64,000 bases of DNA, from the NCBI RefSeq assembly GCF_003918875.1, contig NW_025767020.1, forward strand, positions 1 to 64,000, given 5' to 3'. This document shows positions 24,260-38,479 of the stretch, in pieces. Positions within the stretch are counted from its first letter, which is position 1. The number at the start of each line of letters is the position of its first letter. A model generated the notes under the pieces. The model did no database searches. It saw only the letters and a list, made by a program, of their open reading frames with translations, and was not told where the DNA came from. Origin of the DNA: Haliotis rubra. Lineage: Eukaryota. A program made the position numbers and the translations under genes.

Positions 24260-27200
24260 TGGTACATTTCCTGTGACAGAGATGGGAATATGATGATCCT
24301 ACTGATCTGTTGATGGTTACTTGGACACACTTTGCTTTATGTAGTGTTTACAGTGATATAGTCGTTAAAGTCTTCAGCATCTCGTGAGATATGGCTATTG
24401 ATGTTTCCTAACTATTCGGATTTCACCCACTATTGAACAGTTAGCTTCATGTACTTACGTTGGAGGTGGTAAACATGAACAGATGTAATTAATGATACAG
24501 ACATCACGTATTTGCCTACAGTCTGATATCCAGACATGTTATGACATTCTGATAAGGCAAGCTGCACGCTGTTCAACGTGTGCAGTGCAACCATGAATAG
24601 ATAGAATCAATGAGGGACGTATGCAGTTATCAACTTTATTCGGCTCTCTAATAGCTGAACAAATCACGTTGACAAAACGTAAGATTAGTCTGGGGACCAG
24701 ATGAAAATAGGAAAAGTTCATTAACTGATGCATCCTGGCTGATTATTATCCGTATTGACGAAATGTTCGATATCGTGTTTTAAATGAGTATGAATCACCC
24801 ATACAGTGATGGTCTAGTCAGAGTAGACATGAACCGTTAGACAAGTTACACATGGGAGATTTAAGTTATTTGCTCAGTTGCATTTTCCCATGTATCATAT
24901 GTTATTCTGATGGCTAAGGAGTTTTAATAAACAATGATATGGAGGCATATGCCTTGGGTATTGATTCGGAAAAGAGAAGAGGATTCAACGGTCGTCCTGA
25001 CAAATATAGGCGAGAAACCCTTTCCATAATCACTTGAGATATCTGCAAAGAGCACATGCCATTGTAACATAAGCATGTGTTTAGCAGCTATTAATTTATG
25101 ATGACACCAGGTGTTTGGGAGAGATGGGCTTATTTTGCACCACAGGGTCCAGTCATCACTTCAGCTGTCTAAAACATTTTTCTCCACCAGGAGCTAAAAG
25201 GGTCAAATGGTTCGAAAATTAAATCAAACAAAAGTAATTTTATCTCACATGCAGACAGTCAATAGGGACGACGAGGCCATGTTTAGTTAAAATATTGACT
25301 AAAGAGACTGCATCTTTTCAAAGGTCCAAAACCAACATTGAAGTCCAATTTCCCTGAAAGTGTTCAAGAAATGCCCACGAAACTGAAGAAATGAGCATCA
25401 GTGATATACAAGTATGCATTCACGCCTTCTAGACAGTCATTGTATTCACTATAATGATGCTTTTCACTTCATGGGGCTATTTTAAAGTCTAACAGTGGTT
25501 CAAAGACTTCAAGATTCCTAGAGACACTTCCATGAGGATTTCGATCGCAAATGCCCTATTCACATTTTGCGCGCCTGACACCATCATCGTCGGTTGAAAT
25601 TCCAGATTCTTCCTCGTCATAACGAACTATGGGCCCTTCATTTCTAGCAAAGGTATATTCTAGGCAATCAATAGATCATGATAAAGTGTTCAAATTTGAC
25701 TGAAGTTATTATCAAACATTTCCATCTGTGATGAGGTGATGGTTAAGGAGTCAAAGGAATACTAGTAATGACATTAATGACATACTTATATACTCTTAAT
25801 GCAGACATGCTTCAAGTCATATTCAGGATTGACATTGTCGATGGGCGTGTCAACTAACTGAGGTCAGATCTACTGACAGCAACATTCTGAATTTGCGCAT
25901 AGATGTACCGGGCCTATTGATTAAGTACATTATACAAGGCATACATGTGCACAACAAAAGAGCACTGTCCTTATCAGTAGTTTTCAAGAATCTCTCTGTA
26001 CCGTATCCTGTCAACTTTCCCTTTTGAGTCCACAGAGGATGTACTTAGGATGAATCCCATGAGGGTTACAGTACAAGACATATGACTGTGCTCCATAAAC
26101 GCCCTCAACGCCCATTATTTGGATACTTCTGTTCATTGAAGACACGGTCTCCAACAGCTCTTAGTCTGAACTCGGTGACATTGTGGTCAAGCCAATACAT
26201 AATTTGTGACAAAGGACGCTAAAAACAACTATCGGCTCCATAACACCTCAATGGGGTCAGATGAAGTTTTAAAACTGTGTCAACTTCTGCAGTGTATTTA
26301 TCTGGTAAATATGTTTATATTTGTTGATATCTGAAAAAGTAACTTCAGTCAAAAGTCAATCCCAACAGTGCTTTTAAGCAGATTGTTTTTCAACAGATTA
26401 TTCCTGGATTCAAACGCTCCATTAAAGTCTGTACAAAGAGTGAGTGTGAGTGAGTTTGGGTTTACGTCGCTTTTAGCAATATTCCAGCGATATCACGACG
26501 GGGGTCACCAGAAATGGGCTTCACACATTGTACATTGTACCCATGTTGGGAATGGAAACCGGGTCTTCGGCGTGATGAGCGAACGCTATGATGATGAGCC
26601 ATGTTACTGGGTTCAGCCACCAATTCAGTGCCTCGAAGAATAAATATAATCCTGGAATGAAGGAATTACTATATATTCAAAGAGACAAATCGAATCAATG
26701 GAATGTGGATTTCTGAAAGGATTTGCATGAATTTTTACAATTTCGGAAATGGACTAAGATCTTGATTTTTCAAGTTACTACATCTACTTTCCTACACAAT
26801 AAACTTGATGAGCATAGATATAGTTACACCAACAGCAGTTCATGTCAAAAATGAAAGAAAATCTCAGTCAGGTTTTCTGAGAAACAGTATGTAAAATTCT
26901 GGATGTTAAATTTGGGGGTGAAACATTTTGACCCAAAATTGGAATCCTCATGTGCATAACTTCTGCTCCGCGATAGCGAATCTGTTTCTTTAGGGAAAGG
27001 AGTCAGAAGTTTTTTGGGAGTTTGCAAAATCAGAACAAGGTAATGTGACAGTAAAGGTCAAATACTTAATGCAAGACAACCTCTTTATCACAGTCATCAT
27101 GTCAAACAATACTCCAACAGCTCCAACCTTTGGTGTTCCCAAATTTACAATTAACAATTTAGTTTGCTCACTTTATCAACATTTCAAAGAGCACCATATG

Positions 27201-27973
27201 CATGCAAGTCTTGCTCAGAAGTTGTTCCATCAAGGTTACAACATGTAAGCCACCAGTAAAGCTTTCAAAACGTTTCACGTGGAGAATATTTGACAAAAAC
27301 TGACACAGTGACGAAAGTGATGTTCGATTCAATTCCGTATATTGAGTTATACGATACATTTCCGTGTTTTTAGGTAAACAATTGACTAGCCTTTGTGTTT
27401 ATGACATGTGCTATGGACAAGATACGTTCACCTTTTCACGAACTCCTGGAATCATAACTATTTGGAATCATAACTATATAGTATATTTGACAGTGATTTA
27501 TAAATATATGCTAATGATACAGTCGGTACTGTATAATCGACTGTGCTTTTACAAGAGCTTTCTAATGGATGTGCAAAAGTCCTCTCGCTTTTATTGATAG
27601 AAACTGCTTGTGAAAGAAAATGAATCCCATTAAATTGAAAATATCTTTCATATCTCATAAACGGCGCAGATGTAAACGAGAAACATGGTTTAATGATCTC
27701 CATGTCTAGACAGAATTATGGTGGGTCACCGAAGACGATCACATAAGATGTGAATCTTTTATGTAGTAGATATGTAACGGGAAACCATTGAAAGTTGCCA
27801 CCACATTGTTACGGACATGAATAAGTGGTTATGTACGACTTAACAGACTGACGAGATGCTGACACCAGAAGGAACGATGCAATACTGTTGGAAGATATAA
27901 TTAGGAGAAAACCGAACATGAGGACTTTGCAAAACGCAAATACTTGATAACAAGACTCTTGACGGTCCATCAT
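24260..27973 (-). pseudogene. TLR-like pseudogene paralog d (longest copy)
   Basis: MMDRQESC.. signal-like N-terminus, SCP*QC, NGIHFLS..RTFAH (LRR-like), NKVDNC LRR-CT homolog at ~24620, TIR-end homolog tcagtaggatcatcatattc at ~24290; SINE at 26440-26588. Confidence 0.6.
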
Positions 27974-28694
27974 GGCCAGACTGTCGTATGTATCAGACAA
28001 GTGTGTGTTGCTGTTTTTAAGTTAAGGTCAGTTATACTAATATCATTACTGAAGTCTTGATGCGACAATTCGGTAAATTGCAGCCTGAAAGCGGTTTTTA
28101 CAGGAAGCAAGGGAATATTTCTGAATATTGTTTTATTATTGTTTGGAAAAATATAGTAAGCGACAGCAACATTTGTGGGTGTAACTTCAATGTTGACCGA
28201 ATGTGTTAACGATCGTTAGCTGTTGAATTTTCAACACTGACATTGTCCACCACATATTGAGACTCTGCAAGTTCGATTTCAGAAGAATTGCAGCTTCAGA
28301 GGTAAACTATATTTGGTTTCCTTTTTCCAGTCGTGAAAATACCCGTCATGTAAGCTCCAGGTGCTGTCGTCTACATTTCTCAATTGCTTGCATGTACTTC
28401 AAATTTCAATGATAGGCATTTTTAAAAGAATTGTCTGCCAGAGGTATTCTGGAAGGTATTCAGGGGAATATATCAAGACATGTCATTGTCAACATTATAT
28501 GCGATGCTACCCAATACTTTCATTTTCAAGGGAATTGTCTTCCAGAAGTATTATGAAAGGTATTCAGTCCCGAATTGAACCAGATGCAGGACTGTGCTGT
28601 CTTGCATTAACTGAACACGAATGCCAGCGAAACCTCGTTGCACCTTAATCTTTAAAATTGGGAGTAATTTGGAAAAGAAATACACTGAACAATT

Positions 28695-31600
28695 AAATAT
28701 ATCTTATTAATCAAATTGTGCCACCATATAATGAAAATGAATCCCTACTGATGCCGATGTCTCGACAGAAATGTAAAACGAATGGTCATTGGAACAGATT
28801 GCTACAGTCGATTTTACGTGAAGGTTAGATTGTTGGGGATTACACTTACATTAATGGGGCAGGGTAAGAATGTGAGGTAAAATGAAGTTACGATCATGGT
28901 ACGATTCCTTAGTGTTGGCGATTTAACCTGCAAATCAAGCAGTAACAGAATCTGTATTATTCAACCAGTGAGTTTTGTGTTGAAGCTTTCCGCTGCGTGG
29001 TGAGACAATGAACATGAGAACACCTGACAAAACTTGATCAAAGACCTTTTATTACAGGACGGAATAGCATCAACACTTTTGTACGACCATAAAGAAATGA
29101 CTTATGAGGCATGGATTCTACCGCCAAAAATGCGAGGGAGTGGGTGATGGAGTGATGGAGTGAGTAGTGGAGTAAGTAAGGTGGGTCTACGGCATCACGC
29201 GTGGACGCTTTACCCTGTACACTACCCCCTCGGCCTCTTTCTGATGTAAACAGCTTGTAGCGAGTGAATTAGCTGGTGAGTTGTGTTTAAGGCCGCTTCG
29301 AATAGTATTCCAGTTGTCAGTTGTCGGATGAAGGTCCGAAGTGATGCAGGTCCCAGACATTGAATACTTTGATGAAACCCAAAAGGACCTTCTGGTTCTT
29401 ACACACCAACAAACTGAAGGTTAATACAAGCGGGAAGCAATCATCTTATGGGTAAAAGCACACCCATCGCCCTAAACATAATTGGGTGATGAAGTCCCAG
29501 ACATTGAAATGATGGAAACCCAAAAGGACTTCTGGTTCACAAACGAATCACGAATAGATACACCACTCTTAATACAAGCGGGAAGCAATCATCGTATGGG
29601 TAAAAGCACATAACCACAGACCCATCGCCCTAAGGATCGTCAAAGCACTTCTCTGTTTGGTATCACAGTGATGCAGGTCCCAGACATTGAATACTTTGAT
29701 GAAACCCAAAAGGACTTTCTGGTTCTTACACACCAACAAACATAATTGGGTGAAGTCAATATCACAGGTTCACGAATAGATACACCACTCTTAATACAAG
29801 CGGGAAGCAATCATCGTATGGGTAAAAGCACATAACCACAGACCCATCGCCCTAAAGATCGTCAAAGCACTTCTCTGTTTGGTATCACATGTGTCATAAG
29901 TCTATATAAATCACCACACCGCATCGTGACAAGTACATCTACGCAAGTACAAAAGCCACAACCACATCGGCACCTGTGTCACCACAACGCCTACAGACGT
30001 CCCCACCTCGATTACAGACAGTCTGCCTACTACGCCAACACAGTGGCCCTCATCCCGCCTCCGCAAAGGCAATCTATGACAACCATCTGTTTCTAACACA
30101 CCTTCACACATATCACTGTCACTATCGAGACATGTCCACAAAAGTCCCTACCATGCCTAGAGTTACATGTACCTATACATTTACTCGATTATCACATTAA
30201 CCAAAATTCCAGACAGTGCGAGACAGTATATTTTGACTTGTGGATTTGTCAAATTGGCTGGAAAATAGTATCGTATAACCAGATGAACAAGCGATCCATG
30301 ACATCCATCTGGAGTTATCAACGGTACTATGTCTACATGTAGATAGTTAAGCAGTTCAAGTTCACAACATATGGTGATTAGTCTGGGGATCATGATAGAA
30401 ATAGAAACAGTTAATTGACTGGTATACTGTGGCTGATCATGACTAACATCCGCGCAAAGATAGCCTGTCCAGTGTCATGGTTATTGTGTGTAAAAATAGG
30501 CCTGCAGATCCATGTGAAATTTAATTATTGACTTGATCAGTTTATTCCCAAAGGAACACTTCTATTTTCGTACAATATTGCATATATCAATTTCGGGTTA
30601 CGTCTCAAACTCTCCTGAGGACATGCCGCATTTGGAGGCAAGTTCCTGACCAATGTTTCTTTACTTTGTGAATGTTTGGTACAGTACGACATAACAAGTA
30701 TGTTGCAGAGAAGTAAATGTGTTGTGGCAAATTTTGGGTAGATTGACATTATTGTCAAAATCAAACATGGTTTAATGAAAAATGTACCTTTGATGAGGTT
30801 GATAAGTTGTGACATCGTGTTTGTGAGGGTGATAGTAAAATCCGTTCATACATTAGACAGAACATACTGATATTTTTTTAAGGTTGGTACAGATAAGCCT
30901 AAGACATATGCATTAAGATTTACGGGGGAGAGCAAGATGGGACATGGGACGGTGACTTAAGTCATAAACGTTGAGAATATTTATAAAATGTACACACCAA
31001 GTGTGTACGGCTGATTAACGAAACATGCACAACGTTCATCCCGATCTTCCACGGAATACAGCGAGCACTATGCCGGACAAGCTGCAGCAGTGAAGATTAT
31101 CCTTGAAGATCCAAGTTAGAATTGTTATAATTGGTCTTCAGCAACCCATGCTTGTGGTAACAATCGACTGACAAGATAGGGTGTTTCGTGTAATATAAAT
31201 AAACGAACTGAGGGCCTCAAACCGTGGCCATGATGTGCTTCACACGCCACGATGATACATTGTTTCGTCAGGTTTTCGCTCTCACTTCAATTCTTGATGG
31301 ACATTTAAGGTTCACGGGAGTACATTAATACATATCCTTTCGATCAAAAGATCACCCATTTCTTTGATTACCATCCGGATCATATTGGATTCGAACACTA
31401 ACATCCTTCATCATGTCAGCACTGCCTGATTCAACATTTGAGATATTTTATACAACGCATTAGAAGTCTTGTAGAAAAATGATCGACGGCTGATAACGTC
31501 CTCTTTTTATCACAAAGATCATCTGTTTGTTAGCCTTGGTCTCCCAAAGATTCAACCTCTCTTAACAAGCGATCAAGGAATAACACATTCGTTTGAAAAA

Positions 31601-31783
31601 CGGATTCAATTCGGTTTGACCATGTTGTTATGGATTAGTATAACCGACAGAAGGCACATGAAGTATTGTTTGCATGAAGTGAGCTCAAAGGGTGAGTTCT
31701 CAGAGATGAAGGAATTATGTCTCAGCAAACCAGGCAGACTGATTCCAGTCAATTTTCTCAACAAGAATGTGTCGAGGTTGCAT
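28695..31783 (-). pseudogene. TLR-like pseudogenes e + f (copy 2)
   Basis: Near-identical to 12430-15213 (ORFs 29911-30141 and 30181-30393 match 13318-13548 and 13588-13800). Confidence 0.6.
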
Positions 31784-33043
31784 CTTAAATGTGAGATCAT
31801 GAGTGCAAGTAAGTGTGAGGAGTGAGGAAAATAATGACCATTTTGATACACTTACCTTGAGACATTTTCTTTCTTCGTTTGAAAATGGAACTGATTTGGC
31901 CTCGTGGAACGGCCGTGGGTGTACTGTTGTGGATCCTCTCGAATGGTCTGTAGCTATTTACCCTAAAATACAGACAAAGCAATAAGTCATGATAATGACC
32001 CACCACCTGAATCGTTATTCGAACCTAATGTAACTGCGTGTGAGAACTATTCATGTCGACACGTCAACTCACTCCCCAACTCGCAAGTGCATATACACGC
32101 AAGGTGTATCTCTGAATGTTTGTTTGTTGTTTAACACAGCACTCAGCCATAGTCCAGCTATATGGCGGCGGTCTACAAATCGATTGTATTGTATTTAAGA
32201 CTTCGACATGGTTACAAGTTCGACTACCATTACATAACTCAACCATTACCGATAGATGTATTCATAAGCGATGACGTCAACATGCACAAGAAGAAAGTTT
32301 ACACTATTTTTCATATACTTTGATCTACAAACCGAAATATGAGTCTCATTAACCTATTCAGACAATGACCTACTTTTCAGCCGATCCGAATTTTCTTGTG
32401 TGAAAGTGAAAATAGACATCACAAACAACGATGGTTACACAGAATTTCCGATTTCTTGTTTCATAAGAAAATGGTATTTACAAATAAATTTTAATTCTAA
32501 ACTTTGATAACATCGTATTTCTATATTTTTTGACGAGGTGTAGGCAGCATGACCTTAACTAAGACATCACAGCCTGCCCCAGTTTGATGAGGTCGTAAAA
32601 TGATTCACAATTCATCTGGCTCACTGGTTACACCAGTTATGTATTTTTTTTGCGCTTATTCAGTGTAATTCTGTAACGCACAATGTGATTGATATAATAT
32701 CAAGTCCGTACCAGACCGCTCTGAGCACGCTGCACGACATATTTGCAAGGATTATAAGGAGCATAGTGTTGCAATATACAAGAGCTTAGATGTAGCAAAT
32801 AATACTGATGAATATTTATGTATCCAATTAAATGAATTGGTCTCAAAATTCTGGACTGGTTATTGTACTAAGCTGCGCAATAGGACGGAACCCAGTCAAC
32901 AGGAAACGAGACTGTTGTGTAATTAATGTTTTGACTTGACATAGAACGTAGTTCGACAAGGAATCATACAGAAAGAAATAGAATACAGTGGCATATTTAT
33001 TAATGCAAAACTTATTACTTGTGAATTTCTTTTGAATTTTCAT

Positions 33044-33190
33044 GGGGCGGTGGGGTAGCCTAGTGGTTAAAGCGTTGGCTCGCCACGCCGAAAACCTGGG
33101 TTCGATTCCCCACATGGGCCCATTTCTTGTGTTCCCCTCCGTGATATTGCTGCAATATTGCTAAATGCGCCGTAAAACCAAACTCACTCT
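33044..33190 (+). mobile_element. SINE family 1 (duplicate of the 15839 insertion)
   Basis: Same flanks as 15839-15996. Confidence 0.85.
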
Positions 33191-35274
33191 TATGAATTTA
33201 TGTGGAATGATGTACTTTCTCTTAAAATGATACGTTCAAAACGTTACATTTTCCCTACATTGACTAACTAACAGGTACAATAGTATACCTTTATGCTTAC
33301 CCCAATTTGTTCCTGGTAAAATGTGATGGGACATGGATATTTCAGTTTTCCTTCTTTCTTAAAATATGTTGTGTGTATTTCTTTCATTCATATCACTGAT
33401 TATAGTTTTCCTATAAGTTTAGACTGCAAGTGACAGATATATTGAAACTTATCTGCAACAGTATGAAACTCAGCGACTTTTCCTTGATATAAGTGATGAG
33501 TGAGTGAGTGAGTTTAGTTTTACGCCGCTTTTAACAAGGTGAGTCGAACCCGGGTCAGCGAGACGAGCGAACACTTTAACCACTAGCAGCTCTTTCATCT
33601 TTTCATTAATCTACAATGGTGTGACAAACGTAAGACATTAAGTTTTCATCAACGTGCTTGTAATTCACAGCTTATCATATTTTCAAATTATCAAACGAAT
33701 GCAACTAAACGTGGCAAAATATCAAAATTATGTACAGAAACTCACTGTGGAAGTCTGTGCCAGTGGTAAAATCCAACGGTCTGAAGGTCAGATTGTTTCT
33801 CAACGAAATCGACAAAAGGCAGAAACAACTACCTGTATTTTCACTGTGCAAAACGTGCAGCACGTGTCACATACTTAACACGTGATTGTGTAACATGGGT
33901 ACCGAACTTTACATTGCTGAAATGCCAGATGCATTCGACCGTCTGTCTTTGTTGCCTTTCTTTGTTGTTATCAAAACATCCTATTTTTTAATGATAATTA
34001 ATATTATTATTCTACTTAAAATGGAATCATCTTTTCACTGTAAATGATTCAATACTGTTCATAATTCTTTCTCATTTGTTTTGCTTGAGTGGGGTTTTTG
34101 ATCTTCATTTCTCGGCGATTGTGTTTGTACATACTGAACATAGAAGATGCATGTCTGGAATGTGACACCACCGTATTTTGCGCTAAATATTCGTTCTTAC
34201 TTTCGATGTTGGTTAACTTGTATCGATCAGTTTTACTACTGATTGAGTCAACATGAACAATATCTACAAATATTGATTGTCGACGAGTTTCAGCAGTTTG
34301 GATCGGAAATGTATCGAATGCTGTCACAAATGTTTAAGTTTTAAGAAACAATATCCCCAAAACTGAAAAATATCAAAGTGAAATGAACAATGATGCCATC
34401 GTTGATGTAGATGAAACTAAAATCCTTTTGACAATCTGATTGTTTGTTGTTGTTTAACGACGCACTCATCAATATTCCAGCAAAATAGCGGTTGTCGTTA
34501 CATAATTGAGTCTGGACCAGACAATCCAGTGATCAACAGATTGAGTATCGATCAACAAATTGAAATATTCACTGGATAGGGACTCTTATCCGAGGCTTCG
34601 AATTGTTCCGTTAAAACACATGAATAAAAATATACGAAATAACGAACCAAGAGCATGTACAACGCCTAGAGATCTACTCTGAAAGGATACAGACTGATAA
34701 GAAAAATGTAATCGTCAGCATTAAATTGTTAAACGGCAAAACTTGCGAATTGACCAAAGGTACATTATCTAGAAATAAAGTTACTTCTGTTGTCTGTGTT
34801 GCCTACGAATATATTTCGACTGACGATAGGAATATAAATGTCACATATTGAAACAAAATGTGGTGTCATTTTGGTGAAGAAAGCTAAGGACAAACACGTT
34901 CCTACAGTGTTTCTTCCAACACATTCCTGCAAAGACAGGGAAGGCAATTAATTTACTTACTCCGCTGATCAGACAAGAAAACCCGCACAAAATAACAAAA
35001 CTCATATTGATGAAAATGTAGAGACCTTTAATATGACACTCAGGTATAAAGAAAGTGAGGATGTTGTTCTTCCAGTTGACACGCCTGAAGATATAGGGAT
35101 CGTTGGAATAATAGATTACTTGAATTAACTGATGCAAAATCAGCCTCATTTCTTGTTAAACTGTTCAATATGTCACTCCCGATGTCAACATTTCCAGTAA
35201 TTCAGAAAGAGCCATAGCAATAAAATAGGCTTTAAAAATAAATACTTGATGTATAAACCTGTGGCATTTAGAAT

Positions 35275-35505
35275 GAGTGAGTGAGTTTAGTTTTAATCCG
35301 CACTCAGCAATAATATGTATTCCAGCTATATGGCGGCGGTCTGTAAATAATCGGGTCTGAACCAGACAATCCAGTGATCATGATCATCGATCTGCGCAAT
35401 TGGGATACGATAACATGTGTCAACCAAGTCTGCGAACCTGACCACCCGATCCCGTTAGTCGCCTCTCACGACAAGTATGGGTTACTGAAGATCAATTCTA
35501 ACCCG
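35275..35505 (-). mobile_element. SINE family 2
   Basis: Near full-length match to other copies. Confidence 0.85.
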
Positions 35506-35755
35506 AAGTATCGTGTATCGAACAAAATATTTTTGAGCATGTTGTCCATTACTTTAGAAATAAAAAAACCCTGTTGATTACATGAAAATCTGCCCTTATG
35601 CCAGTTGAGTCCACCTACATTGTACAAGTCAACGTATTTGTATGTAAGACAAATATGTATAATTATATAAATGGTTCAAGCGATACTTTATGATCAAAAG
35701 ACTTACAGTTGTACTAGACGGCAGTACGGCCACCAGGATCAGTCCTGGCATATAC

Positions 35756-36117
35756 TAGGGGTGGGTATCGCAGAGAATTTTTATATTGCGATTTATTGCG
35801 ATGCGAAAGCATGTATTGCGATATGTATTGCAATATATTGCATGAAGTATTTTAAAACAAAAAAACTACTTATAATCTAGGTAATGCTTGATTTATAGAG
35901 CAAATACACAGAAAATCACTATGCTTCATTAAGCTTTTATAACAACTTTTATTCATGATTAAAAATAAAAATGTGAATAATATTTGGCACAAATGAAAAA
36001 AAGGAAATATCCGAATGCAAGTCAAAATACCGGTTTTCGATCAGCGTATCGCAATACGTATCGTTTCCATGTCTGAACAGGTAAATACCGGTAAACCGGT
36101 TATATTGCACAACCCTA
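35756..36117. mobile_element. Non-autonomous hAT-type MITE
   Basis: TAGGG..CCCTA termini, 8-bp TSD gcatatac, subterminal attgcg repeats. Confidence 0.88.
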
Positions 36118-37254
36118 GCATATACACCATTCATTAAACATATTTTGCACCATGACAGCAAGATATGTGCTAACGATATTTCAGTACATGCGTCTGTGGA
36201 AAATCCGGCCAATTCCACAAATTTCTGTTTGGACAGACAGAAAGTTAAATGCACAGTCAAACAAAACCGGTTTACCCACAATATAACTCTTAAGTTGTCA
36301 CAGACATTTGACACGCAAAACAGTGGACAAAATTGTACAGCAATATTACAGTCTCCCTGAGCTTGCGAGTGTTCTGTTCGAACCGAATCTTATTTTGAAG
36401 GAATGACAAGAACACCCACCATTAAATTTCACATAGGGATCTTAAAGAACGAATCACCAAGGGTTTTAGCGTCACCCATGACCAAAGGATGATTGCTCAG
36501 CTATTCGACTCAACTGTCTAAAAAGTATGATTTTAGTTTGTGTTTGTAGTTTTACGCTGCACTGATCATTTTCCGGCTTTTTGACAGCGGCCTGTATCTA
36601 ATGGAGCCCAGACAATCCAATGATTAACATCATGAGCATCGATTCACGCAACTGGGAATCGATAACATTCGTCAACCAAGTCATCGAGCCATCCTTGACT
36701 TGCATGGGAAGATGAAGATCAAATCAAACCCTGGTGTCTATGAATTTAGATATACTTGTGAAGCTGGTTTTCCATGAAATTATGCACGATCCATTGAATA
36801 TGTTTGATATCGGACTTACAGTGTCGCACCGTAGATCACAGTGCTGTTGGCGTCAATTATCCCCATGAGCTTTATTTTCTACTGTGTCACATTTTCAAGC
36901 CCTCAATACTTTGATAATCTGGTTAACATTGTTTGCTTTTAAAACCATATACATAATTACACTATAACCATTTGTAATATGCACAGTTGCGTGAACACAC
37001 ATGTCGAATTTGCATTCACGTTATCACAAGCTGCATATCTCTTGGAATTTACGTTGTTAAAATGCCTTTCATGTAATGTACACACTGTCAGAGACAGAAA
37101 ACAAACATGCCAATAAATTCTAATTATAACTCAATTCGATTCCCTGTTAAAAGCAAAACATTTCATACTAAATAGTTCTTGATATGGGTCATGCAGACTG
37201 TGTATCAGCTGATATATAAATCAGACTTCTAATGCATAAAGTGAGGAAAACATG

Positions 37255-37546
37255 TGATACATGTAATTTAGCAAATTGTGCCACCATAAAAAGAAAATGA
37301 ATCCCTACTGATGCAGATGTCTGGATAGTGTAAATGTAAAAGAATGTTCATTGGCACATATTGCTGCAAAGTTAGATGATCAGAGGTTACAATGACTTTA
37401 ATAGAAGTGCTTCCGGGTTCACAATTTTGAATTGGAAGGCATACAACCTGAGGGCGTAGATGTGCATGACGAATTGCAGTGTCACCACACAATGTAAATT
37501 GGCTAAGTTTGGTAAGGAAGCAAAAGGTCTGACACCAATGGCTCAT
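37255..37546 (-). pseudogene. Paralog a, internally deleted copy
   Basis: Sequence matching 2515-2647 is joined at ~37435 to sequence matching 1000-1180. Confidence 0.7.
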
Positions 37547-38479
37547 ACCTAATAGTTTTGTCTTATTACGTGTAAAAAGTTGCTTTTACAACATATTTAT
37601 ATCTAGGAGTAATCTTTGTAAAGTAAAGTAGGTTAGGTCATGAGAATATGACCAAACGTGATTCTAATCCGATATGCCGGGCTATTGGATCCATGACATT
37701 TGACTTATACTTATAAAGTGCCAAGTAAAGATCGGTATGTTCATCATGAACGGCGATCTTTACAAATGGTCAACGTCATCCCGAGTGGGTGTGAGTAGCC
37801 ACACACAGATGTTTAAGCGGTCGTTCGTTGCGCCAAAGGTACCTGTTCAATTCCCCTCATAGTTATCTTACGGGAAGCCTGTTTCTTGTGTCTCCTGTCG
37901 TGATAACACCAGAATAGTTTATAAATAAAGACCAGGTGTAATTCAAAATTATCCTCAAGCTGAAACTATCGAGTATGGTACTGACAACAAACCTAGAATC
38001 GTGTCGAACCGGGATTAGAAGTTACATCCACCCACGCACACACGCACGCACACACATACACACATACACACGCTAGCAAAGAGAAACACAGTTGAACTAC
38101 GTTTGTTTTGCAGTGTTAATGCCTCAGGCCAAGTGAATTTGTACTGTGAACGTTACTAAAAGCTTATTGTAAGCCATACAAACATTCATTCAATAAGCGT
38201 TAGATTGTGATTTCTCTAATGATAATTTGTCAAAAATAAAACGCTAAACAAAAACACAAAACACAAAAGATAGAGAAAACCCCAGACATAATTAAAAAAC
38301 AAACATTGCACACACGCACACGCACTTTCAAAAGACAACGGAACTTTTCTGCCCCGCACTTTCACAAGCAGAAATCAGAATTGACTTCTTGCAACCATGT
38401 GCATTATGGTTCTTTAATCACTAGAGTGTTAAGCTCTTGTTATTCGCAGAATTGAACAGATGCGGTGTTATGTAAGCAA

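Larger units (their letters stand above)
26860..33230 (+). repeat. Segmental duplicate of 10611-16050
   Basis: Long stretches are near-identical by eye; differs by a scrambled duplication (29410-29760) and an ~800-bp segment (32230-33020) absent from copy 1. Confidence 0.93.
33900..36330 (-). pseudogene. Possible further LRR-receptor remnant (paralog i), interrupted by SINEs and a MITE
   Basis: Weak LRR-like fragments only (FDCAFNFLS, KNNILTF, RNIFVG..LFLDN, AFDTFP); 36180-36420 duplicates 1-240. Confidence 0.3.
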
